A DNA stretch of 64,000 bases from Oculina patagonica (Eukaryota), in contig NC_135760.1 in assembly GCF_052425735.1 (NCBI RefSeq), positions 10,540,001-10,604,000 of the forward strand. The letters run 5' to 3'. Of the stretch, positions 13,701 to 25,591 are shown one piece after another; the stretch's first letter is position 1, and each line of letters starts with the position of its first letter. A program made the translations under genes and the position numbers. A model generated the notes under the pieces. The model saw only the letters and a list, made by a program, of their open reading frames with translations, made no database searches and was not told the origin of the DNA.

Positions 13701-15029
13701 ATTGACCTCCTCCTTTAAGCCACACTGCCTTGCAACCTCTGCCTTCTTCCATGTCTTAAATCCAAAATGTTTTCCCTCCTTATTTTTCTCCCTCAGCCAT
13801 CCTCTTCCGAGTTTGCCTTCAGGTGTCACTTCCAAAACAAACAAAGTACAGAGTGGTATCTGCCTAATTTGCCCATTACATCATCAATCAGATTACTTGT
13901 ACTTATTTTGTCATATTTATTCTAATTTACAAAAAATACACGGGAAAGGTCAGACATCGTTCAAAATTGTGACTTGTACACCAACGCCGTGCCCATGGCC
14001 ACAAGTATATATGTTGTGGTTCAATTTTATCCTTGGTTCAATTTTTATTTTCCTTTGCTGTTGGGCATGGCAATGTATAATAATAAGTTTAAAACAAAGG
14101 ATAATAAAATTTGAAACAAGGATAAACTTGTCATGCAATCTCAATGCTTTCTGGTCACTGTTGGAGCATGGGGAGAGGGAATTGTAGACAAGTTGTATTT
14201 ACTAAATGTCAAGATATACACAGAGGACTGCAAGCAGTGTCACTAACTTTTCAGACATTTTTCATTTAATAACTTAATTTCTGATTGAGCCAATTCGTGT
14301 AGGGAGAAGAACTCCAAAAATTTAATTTGCCATTAAGGAGGATTGATAATAAAAATAGAAATTACACCTGAAACTGGATGTTTTGGTTAATTTGGGGTTT
14401 CGTTCAAATACATAGCATCCCACTCTTTCTCTTTACTCCACTCCTGGACCAGTGTTCATTTCTGCTGATTAAAATTTCTGTTATAAATGGTTAATAGGTT
14501 CACAAGCTAGAGGATGAAAACAAAAACTTGAGGAGTCAGTTAGGAATTCTTAATGGAAGTGATGATAACGTCTTTTCTCCTGCGGTGAGTAGAACATACA
14601 TCTGTAACTATAAAAAAAAATAGCCAAAGGGAAGGAGAATGGTAGATACATAGTAACATATACAGGGAAGTCTTAAAATAAGTTTTAAAGTCTCTTTATT
14701 CTGTTGTGTGTGTGGATGAAATGACACTCCTTTAGATGTTTTTTAACAAGTCCCATTTTTTATATTTTTTTTAACTCAGGCATTCCAAGATGCAAGTGAT
14801 GAAGATGATCTTGTGGATATCGGAAACATAGAGCCATATGCTGCCCCAGGCTCTCTCCTAAATCGCCCTACTCAGCCCACCACCCTGGGGCAGTCTCACA
14901 CCGGGGATGCCAGTAGAACTAAAATAGTTAATCCGTATGATAATGTGACTGACTCACCAGATGAACCAGACGAAGAACATAGATATCTTAATGTCAAAGA
15001 GATGAGGGAACATGAAAGAATGAGTTCTT
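10728..15029 (+). pseudogene. GIT: ARF GTPase-activating protein GIT1/2-like, internal fragment (second Spa2-homology repeat, coiled coil, Tyr-motif region); no ArfGAP/ankyrin exons upstream, 3' end runs into the gap
   Basis: Exons 10728-10825 (VWLATQNHSALVSDTITVPILPVNPSFPTTRNQ), 11482-11593 (GRQKLALFNAKEFATLIIDILNDARRREQG), about 11983-12056 (EDAYDHEYDEVPSDE), 12444-12482, 12597-12680 (VSMERYLAVESALSTAN), 13453-13521 (ARVQQLLQVN), 14498-14584 (VHKLEDENKNLR), 14780-15029. These match GIT SHD and coiled-coil motifs. Identity is secure; pseudogene status is inferred. Confidence 0.85.
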
Positions 15030-15295
15030 GTGAGTACATTGTTTATTTTGTTTTCTTGTCACAGTACTGTCAAGCTTCTGGTATTTTTTTCTTTTTGCTG
15101 TTGTGTTTTTTTTTTTTTTTTTTTTTTTTTCTGGTTTCAAGTTCAACTTGTTTTCCCCTCTTTTTTCGGAAATTTTTTAAGATTACATGTCTGTCTGAAG
15201 TCAGAAAAAGTTGTTAATTTTAAACTCATAGTGTGGCTTTGAATAAAAAAAAAATCTTCTCACTTGGAATGAGATATCCAGCAAACAGATTATAC

Positions 15296-15795
15296 NNNNN
15301 NNNNNNNNNNNNNNNNNNNNNNNNNNNNNNNNNNNNNNNNNNNNNNNNNNNNNNNNNNNNNNNNNNNNNNNNNNNNNNNNNNNNNNNNNNNNNNNNNNNN
15401 NNNNNNNNNNNNNNNNNNNNNNNNNNNNNNNNNNNNNNNNNNNNNNNNNNNNNNNNNNNNNNNNNNNNNNNNNNNNNNNNNNNNNNNNNNNNNNNNNNNN
15501 NNNNNNNNNNNNNNNNNNNNNNNNNNNNNNNNNNNNNNNNNNNNNNNNNNNNNNNNNNNNNNNNNNNNNNNNNNNNNNNNNNNNNNNNNNNNNNNNNNNN
15601 NNNNNNNNNNNNNNNNNNNNNNNNNNNNNNNNNNNNNNNNNNNNNNNNNNNNNNNNNNNNNNNNNNNNNNNNNNNNNNNNNNNNNNNNNNNNNNNNNNNN
15701 NNNNNNNNNNNNNNNNNNNNNNNNNNNNNNNNNNNNNNNNNNNNNNNNNNNNNNNNNNNNNNNNNNNNNNNNNNNNNNNNNNNNNNNNNNNNNNN
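15296..15795. other. Assembly gap
   Basis: Run of N; further gaps at about 45803-46069 and 48087-48227. Confidence 0.99.
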
Positions 15796-15982
15796 CTGTA
15801 AAGGAAAGTTTCTTGCCTCAGCCTGCAAGAGCTTTCTACTGTTGATTCCAGATGTCAAGCATATGAAACTGTCTTATGAGTTCCTGTTAAACAATAAGTT
15901 TTCAGTTTAAGTTGTAATTTTGATTTCAAGCTAGAATTTTGAGTAAGGTTCTCCACAGACTAGTTACATTGTTGTCGAAAAC

Positions 15983-16414
15983 CCCAGGGGGGTACTCCGG
16001 CTTGTAAGTGACGGGGATGATCGAATGGAGGCAAAACTCAGGACCCCAAAAAATCCCTAGTAAGTCTTCCGACATTACCCTCAAAAATCCCTGGACCAAA
16101 ATAGCCCCCCAAAAAATTCCCTTGTCAAATTACCTCAGTCTAATTTGGCAGGAGGGGCAATAATATAATTAACACAAAGAAAATCATAAAAAAATTGAAC
16201 GCTCGTGTTTGTTTATTCATCATACCATAAATACGCCAAGGCGCTATAGTTTGTTTTTAATACCCCCAAAAATCCCCTATTTAAATCAAGTCACCCCAAA
16301 AAATAATTGACAAATTTTCCAACCCCAAAAAACCCGGAATCAAAAATTTTAAACCCAAAAAAATCCTTCGATCATCCCCGTCATTTACAAGCCAGAGTAC
16401 TCCCCCCCCCTAGG
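15983..16414. mobile_element. MITE with CCCAGGG...CCCTGGG ends and 8-bp TSD (same family as 49004-49442)
   Basis: Long TIR GGGGTACTCCGGCTTGTAAGTGACGGGGATGATCGAA; TSD TCGAAAAC; absent from the homologous copy-1 intron at about 6201. Confidence 0.85.
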
Positions 16415-16852
16415 TCGAAAACTAAATGTTATTGAAAACTGATTCAGTCTAATGCAAGCATTCCACACATTGGAATGTTTGTTGTCCACAAACTAAGTCA
16501 AGCCAGCATGAGCTTGGGAACCAACATTCATTTGCGAAAATTTTGATGAAGTTTAAAGAGTCCTCTTTTGACGATTCACAAACACGCTGGTGTGGGTCGG
16601 CTAGCAGTTCTTGCAAGGTCTTGCATGAATGGCTCCCTACCCTTCGAGAGAAAAACAGAACAAGTAACAGGTAATAATTATAACCCCTAGTCCCCCAAAC
16701 CAACAGCAACTGATACACAAGGGGACTAGCCTGCTACACTTCTGCCCGGGATGGGACACAAAGTCTGCCTATGCCCCCTCCCCATAGCTTAACATTGATA
16801 GTTGCATTAATAGCTGCTTCTATAAACATCATGGTTTTAATGTTCTTTTTAG

Positions 16853-19800
16853 AAATTCCCTTGTTCCATGTACTGAATGCTAAGGTGACATTTGGCAATA
16901 TTGGTGGTGGTGAGTCGCCCATAGCTGGAGTGCATGCTATTAAAGCTGACATCAAAGAGATTGACGAGGACAGTGAGACTCCAGCTGGGCAAGAGGAAGA
17001 GCCCTCCACTGCTGCCGCCGGGATGGCAGCTAGGTGTGTCATAGAGTCCACTTGTTTTGAGGCTCCAGCAGGCTACAGAGAGGTTAATTTGGATCAGCCT
17101 GTGGGTGAGTAGCATGGGTGGTTAAAAAAAATTATAAAATAAATTACTAATAGTATATTTGGAGAGGAAGCCACATCAGCTTTAGCTGGTTTTCTTGTGG
17201 GTCCCTCTATCCACGTCAAATTGGAATTTGGGAATGTTTGTTTTTTGTGGAGGGAGGAAAACAAGAGAACCTGAAGAAAAACCTTCGGAGTGAGGAAGAG
17301 AAACTCACGTATGGCACCGGTCCAGAATTGAACCCGGCTGACTGGGAGGCAAGCACTCTCGCTACTATGCCCTATAATGGGCAGCTCAGAGTCAATTATT
17401 ATAAATGTCTTAAATTATATGAATGATGCTCAAGAATATTTAGAACTCTAGATGGTATTCCCAGGGTTTTTCAGGATTTTTTTTTGAATCGTCGCATTAA
17501 AAGCTGTGACTCGTGGCTGGCACCCATTGTTTGCTTAACATGGTACCTCCCTTTGAAAAAGGGGGCAAGCCAATGTAAAGAAAGGAGAATGATTTTAATT
17601 GCAGAGGGCACCCATCCATTTTACCAGTATCAACATTAATGAAAACACTAAAATGAGTGGAAAACTCAAGTAAAGCAGATCTTTTAAAGATGTCTAGACA
17701 TTTCTGACAGTAAAAAACATGAAGTCATAGATGTTGGCAATCAAACTGGATAGTAAAGTTTTATTTAAAGCTAAAAGTTCTGGATTTTTAGGAAATTTGA
17801 TTAATGCCATAAAAACTTGTGTATAAGTATAGTCTGTGCCTTTTCTTACCTTGCTGTATTATTTCATAGCTCCCCTTAGAGATGAAGAAGATGAGATGCT
17901 GCAACTAGCAATACAGCAGAGCTTGCTGGAATATCAGCAAGACCCTGCACAAATGATGAGGCTACAGGCTTTGAGGGACAGTCGGCAGGTGGAAGATGAT
18001 GAACTTCAACGGTAATGCTACATACATAAACTTTATTTAAGTGTCATGGTATTAAGCTAAATAGCTAATTGGGGACACTAAAATAAATATACAAATATAA
18101 AATATAAAAATACTAATATTATATAAATATATATAAAATATAAAATACAAATATTAAGATAGAGAGTAAATGTAACTCGAGTTTCACGCACTAAGCGATG
18201 ATCGCTTAGTGCGTGAAACTCGAGTTACATTTACTCTCTATCTTAATATTTGTATTTAGCTCTGCATATTCATGCATAGAGCACTCCTAGGATAAGTGAA
18301 GCAATCTAGTCATTGTTTATTCGTTTAAAATATAAAATATATATATATAAAAAAAACACTAATATTATATAAAAAATTAATAGATAAATAGATATAAAAT
18401 ATAAAAATACTAATATTATAAAAATAGATATATAGATAGACGGTTAAAATGACACAAATGTTTTTAAAATTCTAATGAGTTAAAAGTGATTACAAGATTA
18501 CTAGAATTAGTTACATTATTATGTTGTGCAAGCATAGCATCTGCATTGTCCGTCCAACACATCAGTAATGTTACTGTCCCGAACTGCTTTTTTGAATTCA
18601 AAAAGGCTTTTTTGTTACAAAGGTCTTTATCCACTTTACCCCACAGATAGGGACCTAAATATCTTATACTATGTTTACCATAATTTACAGTGTTGAACCT
18701 AGGTATTGGAAAATCGCTACTACGCAAATCATAATTCTTAGATTGTTTATAAAATATGTCACAAATGTGTTTGGGTGCCAGTAAATTTTTTAACCTTGTA
18801 CATTAATATCAGTATGTCTTGTAGTCGTCTATTTACTAAACTAGGCAGCTTTGCCTTACTTAATAATTCATCATAAGATGTCGTCTTGCTATTATATACT
18901 GCATGTAGTGCTCGCTCTTGTACCCTTTCTAGTTTTCTAGTGTCAGATGCTTTGCAGAAATGCCACACAGTATGACAATACGTGAGATTAGGTAGAATTG
19001 CCGCTTTGAAAAGTTGGAGCTTGGCTTCTTGGAACAACAAATGAACTCGTTGTGGTACAATTGTGTGTGTAAATAATATACGCAGGCCTATAGCCAGACT
19101 TTTCTGTCAACCAAGGCAATTGCGAAATGCCAAAGTCACAAGCCACAAGGGGGTCAAGTTTCAAAAACAAGAAGCCTGAAAATGCCGTTTTTAGGCAATA
19201 TCAGAAAAAAGAAAAACTCTAATATTTACTTAGGCCATTCCAATAAAATGTTGCGTTTCCCATCGCCCCGTCCCTTGTGATGTTGGGTCGGTCGGTCGGG
19301 CAAAAAAAAAGAATGAACACTTGAAGGGTTCTGGGTTCCAGAAAAGGCTGGGCTGCTGCGTAAGAAAGCCTGATTACAAAGTCAACTCGAAAACGTGGTC
19401 TTTTCGTTCGTTATTCCTTAACAGTCTTAAAATAACGTAGTATCGATGTTTATAAAGACAAAGACATCACATCATACCAATTGTTGTTAATAAAACAAGA
19501 TTGTGTGCTTGTAAATTGAAGTACTTGCTTCTTTGAATTGTGAACCTGGAATTTTTTTTTTTACTTTTCGAAAAAAAACGGATCGGTCGGGCAATGGGAA
19601 ACGAAACATTTTGTTGGGATGGCCAACAAAAGGCTTAGGAAACAGTTTATTGTTTGAAGTCATGTGACCTTGAAGTAGCCAAGGAGATTGCAGGTTGTTG
19701 GAGGAAAACTTTATTGTAACAAAACACAATGTTCTTGTTTGTAGTGCTATCAGAGAAAGTATGAGAGAAAGTGGCATTGAAGGGGATGAATCTACACAAA

Positions 19801-19967
19801 ACCCTCCTGGTGACAGACAAGAAGGCGATGGTGCTGTCGTTTATGATGAAGACTTGCAGTTGGCCATGGCACTGTCAGAGCAGCAACTAGAGGAAGATGA
19901 AAGGCTGCGAAAACAAGAAGAGGAGGAGCTCGCAAAAGTCATTCAGCTCTCTCTGTCAGAGAATTAA
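16853..19967 (+). CDS. ANKRD13: ANKRD13 copy 2, last three coding exons
   Basis: Exons 16853-17104, 17870-18011 and 19745-19967 are intact and in frame, with protein nearly identical to copy 1; flanking homology runs from about 15800 to 21515. Confidence 0.88.
18020..19037 (-). mobile_element. 5'-truncated CR1/L2-type LINE (ORF2 C-terminus plus 3' UTR)
   Basis: Peptides ILPNLTYCHTVWHFC...KLERVQERAL...LPSLVNRRLQDILILMYK and NLRSSDFPIPRFNTVNYGKHSIRYLGPYLW; AATAAA plus TATG-repeat tail; absent from the copy-1 intron. Confidence 0.85.
18143..18257. repeat. Perfect palindrome, 57-bp arms with 1-nt spacer
   Basis: 18143-18199 is the exact reverse complement of 18201-18257. Confidence 0.95.
19233..19624. 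mobile_element. MITE (GGCC...GGCC termini, PIF/Harbinger-like)
   Basis: GGCCATTCCAATAAAATGTTGCGTTTCCCATCGCCC / GGGCAATGGGAAACGAAACATTTTGTTGGGATGGCC; absent from copy 1. Confidence 0.75.
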
Positions 19968-20618
19968 ACTCTAAGGCAGTCTCAGGTCAGCTTTAAACTC
20001 TCCTTTGTGCTTTAAATGCATTTCTTTGAATTCTGTTAGGAGAATTTGGTTTTCAGTCCAAATGTTTTTCCTGAGGTAATAAGTAAATTTATTTTTACCT
20101 GTTTGCTGGAATTTGTTATAAAATGTAAAGAGAGGTTCAAAATTACAATGAGACTATGTGACTGTAACTGGAGCTACCGGTACTTGTGTTTTAAACACAA
20201 ATGACATAAAATAATAAAAACAAAAGACAAATAGAATTACAATGCTGTGCCAAAATACAAGATACAATGTGTTCTTATTTGTCTGGTTCCGGCCTGAAAA
20301 AGGAGCCCTACTTTGACTCCACAATAAAAACCAATGACAAAGAATTTTAAAACTTTATTCCAAGCTGAAAGATTGCTTCAAATGCACTTTTTATGCTCAT
20401 TGTATTTTTCTCTCCCATAAAAAGTTTTTGGTTTTGACCTCCAACTGCACCCATCTCTCTGGTAATTCAAGTTTAGGCTGAGTTTGTACTTTCCTTTAAG
20501 AGCTGTCAGTGTCGGGGGGCGGTTTAAAAATAGGGTATATTGGTTCAAACAGCTAAATCTGAAATTCTTTGTCTCCATTTTTAGAAATTCACAGTGGTCT
20601 GGTTTTGTTGTCTTATAA

Positions 20619-21120
20619 TGTATCAGTCAATTCCAAGTGAGATCATCCCCCGGGCAAACCCCCGGGCATTTGACTTTTTTCAAAATATTTGATCAAATTC
20701 CCTACTATGTGGGTCAGTTGCACAATCAAATGCCCAACCGGTCGGGCTGAAATGTCATTGTGAGTCGGTTTTCTTGTTGAATTGCGGACATTTTGCCTGC
20801 GAGAACGAGCGGATTTGCTAACGACCAGTTACCTTCTCATTAACACTAAACGGACACTTGTGCCCTATTTATCAGCCAATTTAATAGGAAAAGATAGATA
20901 CGTTGACACTAGTTACTTTACATTAATGTAACCAAATACTAACTTCACATGCTTGAGCTCGCTAGCGTTTTATAGTTTATGACACATTTTGTCAAATGCC
21001 TGACCATCTGGGCTTCTGTTCAATCAAATTCCCCACTATCTGGGCCTCAGTAGCAGTCAAATGCCTGGGGGTTGCCCCAGGGAAGGGGGGGGATGATCTC
21101 GCTTGGAATTGACTGATACA
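20619..21120. mobile_element. MITE with TAA flanks (PIF/Harbinger-like) in the ANKRD13 copy-2 3' UTR region
   Basis: TGTATCAGTCAATTCCAAG...CTTGGAATTGACTGATACA; absent from copy 1. Confidence 0.8.
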
Positions 21121-23419
21121 TAATTCAGTGATCCTGAGTAGCTCCAGTCACAATAGCTGTGCTGTAATGTTGCTTTCACTTTTAACTAACCATGGCCAAC
21201 TGAAGGAAAGCATTTTTTAATATTAATAATTCCTTTCAATTGGTGTTTCATTCATTTCATTCTATCTTTTTTAAGAAAACAAGAAATGAATTCAAAGTTT
21301 TAAATGAAATTTATTTGTTCTCAAATCATTATTGGTTGTAAAATTATTAGAACTGAGGACAGTTAAGTGGGGGACAGCTAAGTACAAACAGTGTCATAAT
21401 TGAGAGCTGAATTTTTATTGTCAAAATTAACATTACATAATGGTAAAGTAAACCAATCAGCTCTAAGCAGTTATAATAATTCCAGATCTCGTGGTTTGTG
21501 ACAAATTGTTTTCGGGATAATTGCTTCCCACCTAGGGTACCAGTAATATTTTTTTAATCTAAAGATGATCTTTATTTAAGTCAAGCCTTAAAGCCTGTAA
21601 GCCTAAGCTCCAAAGTTATTCATTTCTTGAGTGCAGTGCTAACATGTACCGGTAAATACCGACAATAACTTTAAAGATATCCAGTTATTGCTTATTGCAA
21701 ACAAATATATTTCGTTAGTTTACTTAACTTAACTTTATACCCTCTTTAATTTTTTTTACTAAAGATATGGGGCTCAGCGCACACTTGTAGTGCAAGTGGC
21801 ACTATATGGACAGACGGACAGACAGACAGACAGACAGAGAAATGGACAATCACATGAAAATCTTGATCAAAATTTTTCAGCTTGATGGTTTGCCAAATTT
21901 CCTTAAAGGTACATTTTTTAGGGGGGCCTACATGGGATGGTTGTTTTAATCATATAATAACAATTTAAATTCATTCATTAGAAATCCTAAGGAATGAACT
22001 CAAAACATTTTTATGTAATTGAAAGAGTGTTTTGTTTAGGGTGAAAGAAACTACCCTAGGGTAGTTCAGATTAACCTAAAAAGAATTAATTGATTTGACC
22101 TATGTCATGTTCCTTGGGTGGCAGTTTATTTTAATAGTTTAATTGGCCACACCATTTTTAATCTGTTTTCCAGAAGTTATGTGCTTGTAGGGTTTACCAA
22201 CCTACTAGCAGGAGAAAGATACAGTGTTGTAATAATGATTTATTTTATTTTATTTTTCTTTAATTTTCATGCTCAGATTGACAAAGTCTCTGAACAAAGT
22301 TCAGAATACATTGTATTCTATAATTAAATTATTAATTGTATTTAGTCAGGACTCTTTAGAAAAATGTTGTACAAATGCGAAGCAAGTGGAAATGTTTATA
22401 TTCAGTATTTTATTTATCAAGTAGCTTGTCAGTATAAACTAGTAATGAAAATGTTTTATTTTGTTCATGGCAACTGTTAGTTGCAATAAATTTCTGCTTT
22501 TCTTTCACATCCGATCTTTGTTGTTTCTTGAGAAGAGTAGTGCAGCTTACTTCCCCCCGCTCAGCTGGTATTGTTTAAAACTGTGTTGCTTATAATGTTA
22601 AATTCTAATTATCAGACTCCAAAATTGCATGGTCATAAACGGCTTCTAGTTGTCTGGGACCAGTAGATTTTACTGATGGGGAAGGGCCCTGGCAAGCAAA
22701 ATTCAAGAGCTGCTCCAGTTTCTGTAGGTCAAGCCCTTTCATAGAACTCTGACTTATAACATACAGATAACTCAAACTCACTGATAACTACAGTCCAACC
22801 TTCTTAATACAGACACCAAAGTGGCAGGGATGAGTTATGGAGATGTTTCTATGTTACAGAGGCAGATCAGAGTTAATATGGATTTGGTTTCTTTTGGACC
22901 AGCAGAACTGTCCATAATAGCGAAGTATCTGTAATATAGAGGTGTCTGTGTTATTAGATTCATGAATGAAGTTAAAACTGAAGGGGTGGGTAGGACACTG
23001 GGTGTGGTGTGTCAAGGGTGGGTGGGTGGAGAGTATATAACCAGAATTATATGGTAGGCCTATCTTTCAATGAAATGGCTGTACAGTTAACACTGGTGGG
23101 AAGCAAGCTTTCTTGCTACTCATTCTTGTTCCACAGGGCCGCTTGTCCCTCCTAGCCAGCAGAGCCTGTGCACAAGAAACAAGTGGCTCTGGGGACACAC
23201 GGTTTGATTGGCTGGATTAATATTTTAACAAAAGGAACAGCTAATCAAATGAACTGTTTGAAATGGTTGATTTGATTGTTTTGATACTCCCTTTGTTAAA
23301 TCTAGCCAAACAATTTAAATCATGTTTTCCCAGAGCCACTTGTTTCTCTTGCACAAGCTCTGCCTGCTAAGTGGCTATGGGGTACTGTACCACCTCTGGC
23401 TCTTCTTCCCAAGGGATAG

Positions 23420-23902
23420 AATGGGGTCATCACCTTATCGTGGTGGAGCGGTTTGTGTGTCTCAATGACCCCTAGAGCTATGTCGGCTGGAGTCTTGTAC
23501 TCCTGGTAGGGCCACCCATGCCGAACAGGTCGAAGGGTAGAGACTAGACAAAGAGTGACCCCCTGGTCCTCCAGGTTGGGGGTTGGGCGTAGGGTTAACA
23601 ACCCGACCCCATAAAAGAACAGAAGTGTTACAGAAACTAGAAACGTGGACAATGATACAACACCAGCTGGGGGTATCACTGCTGGGGCTGCAATGACGCT
23701 TTCGGGTCAAATTAAAGCCAGCGGGAAGCCCAAAGGCCGATGGGCTCCATGGTAGCCCCCAAGCGACAGACGACCATCGGTTGCTGGAATGTGAGACAAG
23801 CTGGGAAGTAGCCAAAGCGGTGGCACGAAACAGGGAGTGTTGGACAGAAAACGTGATGGCCTTATGCGCCTACTGGCGTGAGGAAAATTGATGATTGATG
23901 AT
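23420..23902 (+). mobile_element. Internally deleted RTE-clade non-LTR element
   Basis: RTE-type 5' UTR (GGTCCTCCAGGTTGGGGGTTGGGCGTAGGGTTAACAACCCGACCCC) joined to an ORF 3' end (SWEVAKAVARNRECWTENVMALCA) and a TGAT-repeat tail. Confidence 0.65.
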
Positions 23903-24466
23903 CAGACTTAGGGCTCCCTGGCACAACAAAAATGCCAGTAGCCACATGTAGTCAGTTTATTGCAATATTTATGCAATAACTTGTTTTATTCAATCATGTT
24001 AACTTACATGTCAAATGTTCAAATGTGAATTATTACAACTTGGGTCATTATAACCCCAAAACAGTACAAAGCTGAATATCTTGAGTTGGTCAATAAAGGT
24101 TAAAAAATCATTTCAATATGAATCTTGAAAATGTTTACATTATCTCTAAGAATTTTCTAGATTATACAATGAATGCCATTATTATTAATATCATAAATTT
24201 ATTTCTCAAGTCACAAAAACAATAGCATGCTCCAATTAATGCACACAAATTGTAATCAGAGGTCTGCAAAAGTTATTAAAAATGTATTAAAATGACTTAT
24301 GATTATAATCTTGAAAATGTTCCTAATGTCCTAACAAACAACGTACTTGAATCCAACTGGATTCTGTTGCATAGCAATACCTTTAATGTAATGTACACTG
24401 TAATACATGTATGTTAACATATGTGTCAACATTTCAACCTATCCAATATTACTTCCCTTTCTACTG

Positions 24467-24775
24467 CAGGGTTCGTACTCTTTTGAGCTTTTGAAATTCC
24501 ATGACCTATTCCATGACTTTTCAATGTTTTCCAAGACCCAAATTTGGCCATTTTTCTTGAAAATTTTCAAAAAAATTGTCTTGATTTTGGGTACGTTGTT
24601 ACCCTTTTCTTTGCAAAAAATAACCCGCCTAATTTACTCTGTACAACCAATACCATTTTTCATAACTTTCCATGGCCCACACTTTAATATTAATTCCATG
24701 ACTTTTCAGGCCTGGAAAATGAAATTCTAAAATTTCCTTGACTTTCCAGGTTTTCCATGTCCCGTACGAACCCTG
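24467..24775. mobile_element. hAT5-like MITE (5-bp TSD)
   Basis: CAGGGTTCGTAC...GTACGAACCCTG flanked by TACTG on both sides. Confidence 0.75.
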
Positions 24776-25591
24776 TACTGATTATAGGGAATCACGACTT
24801 ACATATAACGTCCTCGGTGAACAACGTTGAATCCAAAAGGATTCTTTTGTATTTAAACGACATTTTGTATCTTGATGTGGCAAGGAGCCTTGTGGTACTG
24901 AACCACAAGCTCTGGGATGAATTTACTTCCAACATGAGAAAAGAAATCTTTTAAGAAAAAAGTGCATTCTTTAGTAACTACAATTGAATGCATTGCATGA
25001 TTCTGCAGATGCATCGTGTTACTGTCGTAAAAAGATGTGTTATTTAACTACCCGTATGTACATTTCCAATGTAACTACATCGATTATTATTAAAGTTTGT
25101 ATATAAATTATACGGATCTCAGACATCCATGCTACAACTGATCCGGCAAGTTATTTACATTCATGCAAACCCAAAGAAACTAAAAAACTACTTTTAAAGA
25201 CACCTATTGCGCTAACCATTCTTCTCCAATGGTATGCAAAGTACTACTGTGCTATGGTATCATTAAATGGCGTTGCAAGTTCATCTCAAAGTGAATAAAA
25301 AATCAAACCTGTTCATTTTGTCGTCTGACCTCTTAGGCCTATCATTACTATAAATACAGTTTTGTAATGATTACCTTTCAAGTATAACTAAATAATTTAT
25401 TTGTTTTAGGTCTGGGTGTATGTCGTTTTTGTAAAACACTACTTACACATGGATTTTTCAACAATCACTATAAATTAAAATGTACACAATACAGACTTCC
25501 GCAACTCAAAGCTAAGCTGTAATTCCAGTACTGTTGAATGTCGCATCATGGACTAGACTTCTAGACGTCTTTTGTTTCCCATCATTTGGCT

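Noticed and set aside
13684-14187. 167-aa ORF with a hydrophobic stretch
   Set aside because: Lies in a GIT intron and overlaps a MITE; no recognisable motif
15226-15910. Long ORFs of 210 and 225 aa (also those at 45766-46122 and 47996-48268)
   Set aside because: Artefacts of translating through N gaps
15029-16853. GIT-to-ANKRD13 copy 2 in-frame fusion across the gap
   Set aside because: Joining these exons creates an immediate TAA, and the gap content is unknown
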